From NCBI GenBank assembly GCA_021161185.1, contig JAGHBC010000083.1, positions 1-52,569 of the forward strand: 52,569 bases of DNA. The letters are read 5' to 3'. Shown in pieces: positions 50,959 through 52,569 of this stretch (position 1 is its first letter; the number at the start of each line of letters is the position of its first letter). The DNA is from Fidelibacterota bacterium (lineage in GTDB: Bacteria; Fidelibacterota; UBA2242). Both the position numbers and the translations under genes were made by a program. The notes beneath the pieces were generated by a model that made no database searches, was not told the DNA's origin, and was given only the letters and a program-made list of their open reading frames with translations.

Positions 50959-51579
50959 ATGGTAGCGGAGCAAATTGCCTCAAGAGACATTGTTGACCCA
51001 AAAGTCCTCAGGGCTATGGCGGCGATACCACGGGAAAAATTTGTCCCCCCCCAACAACGCCATCTTGCTTATACCGACCAACCGTTGGCCATTGGTAATG
51101 GTCAAACCATCTCACAGCCTTATGTTGTGGCATTCATGTCTCAGATGCTCCGGCTAAATAAATCCTTACGAGTACTGGAAATCGGAACGGGCTCCGGCTA
51201 CCAGGCTGCAGTCATTTCCCGGATTGCCAAAGAGGTCTATACAGTGGAGATTATAAAACCTTTGCTTGATAACGCTCAAAAAACCATATCTGGATTAAAT
51301 TTTAGAAATGTCTATTTCAAACATGATAATGGTCGTCAGGGATGGAAAGAGTATGCGCCCTACGATCGCATCATTGTGACTGCCGCCAGTAAGGATATCC
51401 CCCCACCTCTGATTCGCCAGCTCGCCGACAACGGTCTGATGATAATTCCCCTTGGACATCAGCACTGGACCCAAAACTTGGTCATTGTAACAAAGAAGAA
51501 AAGACAAATTTATAAAGAAAAAATCCTGCCCGTTCGTTTTGTGCCTCTTGTCAATAAACACAAAAGAAAAGCGAGATAA
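50959..51579 (+). CDS. pcm: Protein-L-isoaspartate O-methyltransferase
   Basis: VLRAMAAIPREKFVP, GQTISQPYVVAFM and VLEIGTGSGYQAAV. Start moved to MVAEQI (ATG 50959). Confidence 0.85.
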   Translation: MVAEQIASRDIVDPKVLRAMAAIPREKFVPPQQRHLAYTDQPLAIGNGQTISQPYVVAFMSQMLRLNKSLRVLEIGTGSGYQAAVISRIAKEVYTVEIIKPLLDNAQKTISGLNFRNVYFKHDNGRQGWKEYAPYDRIIVTAASKDIPPPLIRQLADNGLMIIPLGHQHWTQNLVIVTKKKRQIYKEKILPVRFVPLVNKHKRKAR

Positions 51580-51586
51580 TTAAATT

Positions 51587-52411
51587 ATGGAAGAATTTGA
51601 TTCGGGTATCTTTGAAGAATTCATCGATGCCGTCGAAAATATTGCCTGTGGCGAATATAACAACACCAATTTCGAGAAATTTATGCGGGTTGGCAACCCG
51701 CCCGCAATTCGACGGTTGGCTGCCATATTAGAAAATATCTGCCGCCAATTTGAATCCCGGGAGCACCACTTGAAAATTTCCATCGAAGAATTGAAAGCCG
51801 CCCACACCGAATTAGAACACTTTAATGCACTTCTTGATTCACGGGTAAAAAAACGCACCCAGGCACTGGAAGAGGCTAATTCTCTTTTGGAGTCTTTATC
51901 GACAACAGACTCTTTAACGGGAATAAGCAACCGGCGGAATTTTGATATAAAACTGGCCCGGGAATATTCGCGAGCCGTCCGCTGCAAATCCCTACTCAGC
52001 TGCATAATATTCGACATCGATCTCTTTAAGCAGGTAAATGATACCTATGGTCATTTATATGGCGATGAAGTCCTGCGAATGATTGGGCAGACATTATCAA
52101 AGCACTTACGCGCCCATGATATCTTTGCGCGTTACGGCGGCGAAGAATTTGTTGTTTTGCTTCCCGAAGCAGATCTTCAACATGCCCACAAAGTATCTGA
52201 GAAGCTGCGCCTGCTTATCTCCGGCAATGTCGTAGAAAAAGACGATGTTCGGACTAAAGTGACAGTTTCCCTCGGAGTTGCGGAATTTGATCCTAAAACC
52301 ATGTCGTCCGGTAATGATCTGGTTAGTGCAGCCGACGACGCCCTGTATCAAGCTAAACGCACGGGTAGAAATAAAACCGTTATCTACAGTAATAAACCAC
52401 AAAAGAAATAA
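51587..52411 (+). CDS. Diguanylate cyclase (GGDEF) with N-terminal coiled coil and intact I-site
   Basis: LTGISNRRNF, the RAHD (RxxD) I-site five residues before GGEEF, and YQAKRTGRN. Confidence 0.85.
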   Translation: MEEFDSGIFEEFIDAVENIACGEYNNTNFEKFMRVGNPPAIRRLAAILENICRQFESREHHLKISIEELKAAHTELEHFNALLDSRVKKRTQALEEANSLLESLSTTDSLTGISNRRNFDIKLAREYSRAVRCKSLLSCIIFDIDLFKQVNDTYGHLYGDEVLRMIGQTLSKHLRAHDIFARYGGEEFVVLLPEADLQHAHKVSEKLRLLISGNVVEKDDVRTKVTVSLGVAEFDPKTMSSGNDLVSAADDALYQAKRTGRNKTVIYSNKPQKK

Positions 52412-52493
52412 AACAGCAATAATCACCATAAATGAATTGTAAGATTAGGTCAGATCTTTGTATATTTCGCCCTGAAATATTGATCCCTTGACA

Positions 52494-52569
52494 ATGAAAA
52501 GATGCTGCCTACTACATATTATCATTCTCCTTAATATAACTTTTTCGTTTGGTCGGGGGTATATTTGGC
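52494..52569 (+). CDS. Start of an ORF with signal-peptide-like N-terminus (partial, runs off the window)
   Basis: ATG at 52494; MKRCCLLHIIILLNITFSFGRGYIW... Only 25 codons are visible. Confidence 0.25.
   Translation, partial: MKRCCLLHIIILLNITFSFGRGYIW

Overview
Gene-dense 52.6-kb chromosomal segment with about 50 CDS and 2 tRNAs. It looks like an uncultivated FCB-superphylum-type bacterium: T9SS C-terminal sorting domains, PorV/PorQ-like barrels and a CarboxypepD_reg-type TonB-dependent receptor. The phylum cannot be assigned from sequence alone.

Most of the window is core housekeeping:
- Long minus-strand run: dnaE, dtd, radC, a UbiA-type prenyltransferase, prmC, prfA, DUF1385, rpmE, rho, folC, murI, a cell-wall amidase, ftsB and eno.
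- Also present: trxB, ychF, an MscS channel, two CNNM/CorC transporters, a 5'-nucleotidase, tRNA-His/tRNA-Glu, glgC, pcm and a GGDEF cyclase.

Modules worth a second look:
1. A TonB receptor / T9SS-cargo / PorV-like operon (0.2-7.9 kb).
2. A thiol-redox cluster with an ECF sigma factor and a small non-canonical zf-HC2-like anti-sigma factor (8.2-10.4 kb).
3. An archaeal-DGGGPS-like prenyltransferase embedded in the dnaE/prfA gene run.
4. A tightly coupled putative lipid head-group operon (39.9-43.6 kb) whose last gene, PAP2/SMS-like, is split.
5. An AroQ-like protein that has lost the catalytic residues, next to a beta-propeller/transglutaminase fusion.

The one clearly accessory spot is a decayed ~1.9-kb islet (33.2-35.2 kb). 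It is bounded by a duplicated copy of the 3' end of the transglutaminase gene. It carries a frameshifted mazEF-like module, an OMP-like gene remnant and nested hairpin/MITE-like repeats. One of these repeats recurs at the left edge of the window.

I saw no rRNA, CRISPR array, integrase, transposase or reverse transcriptase. All family calls come from motif recognition by eye; no searches were run.
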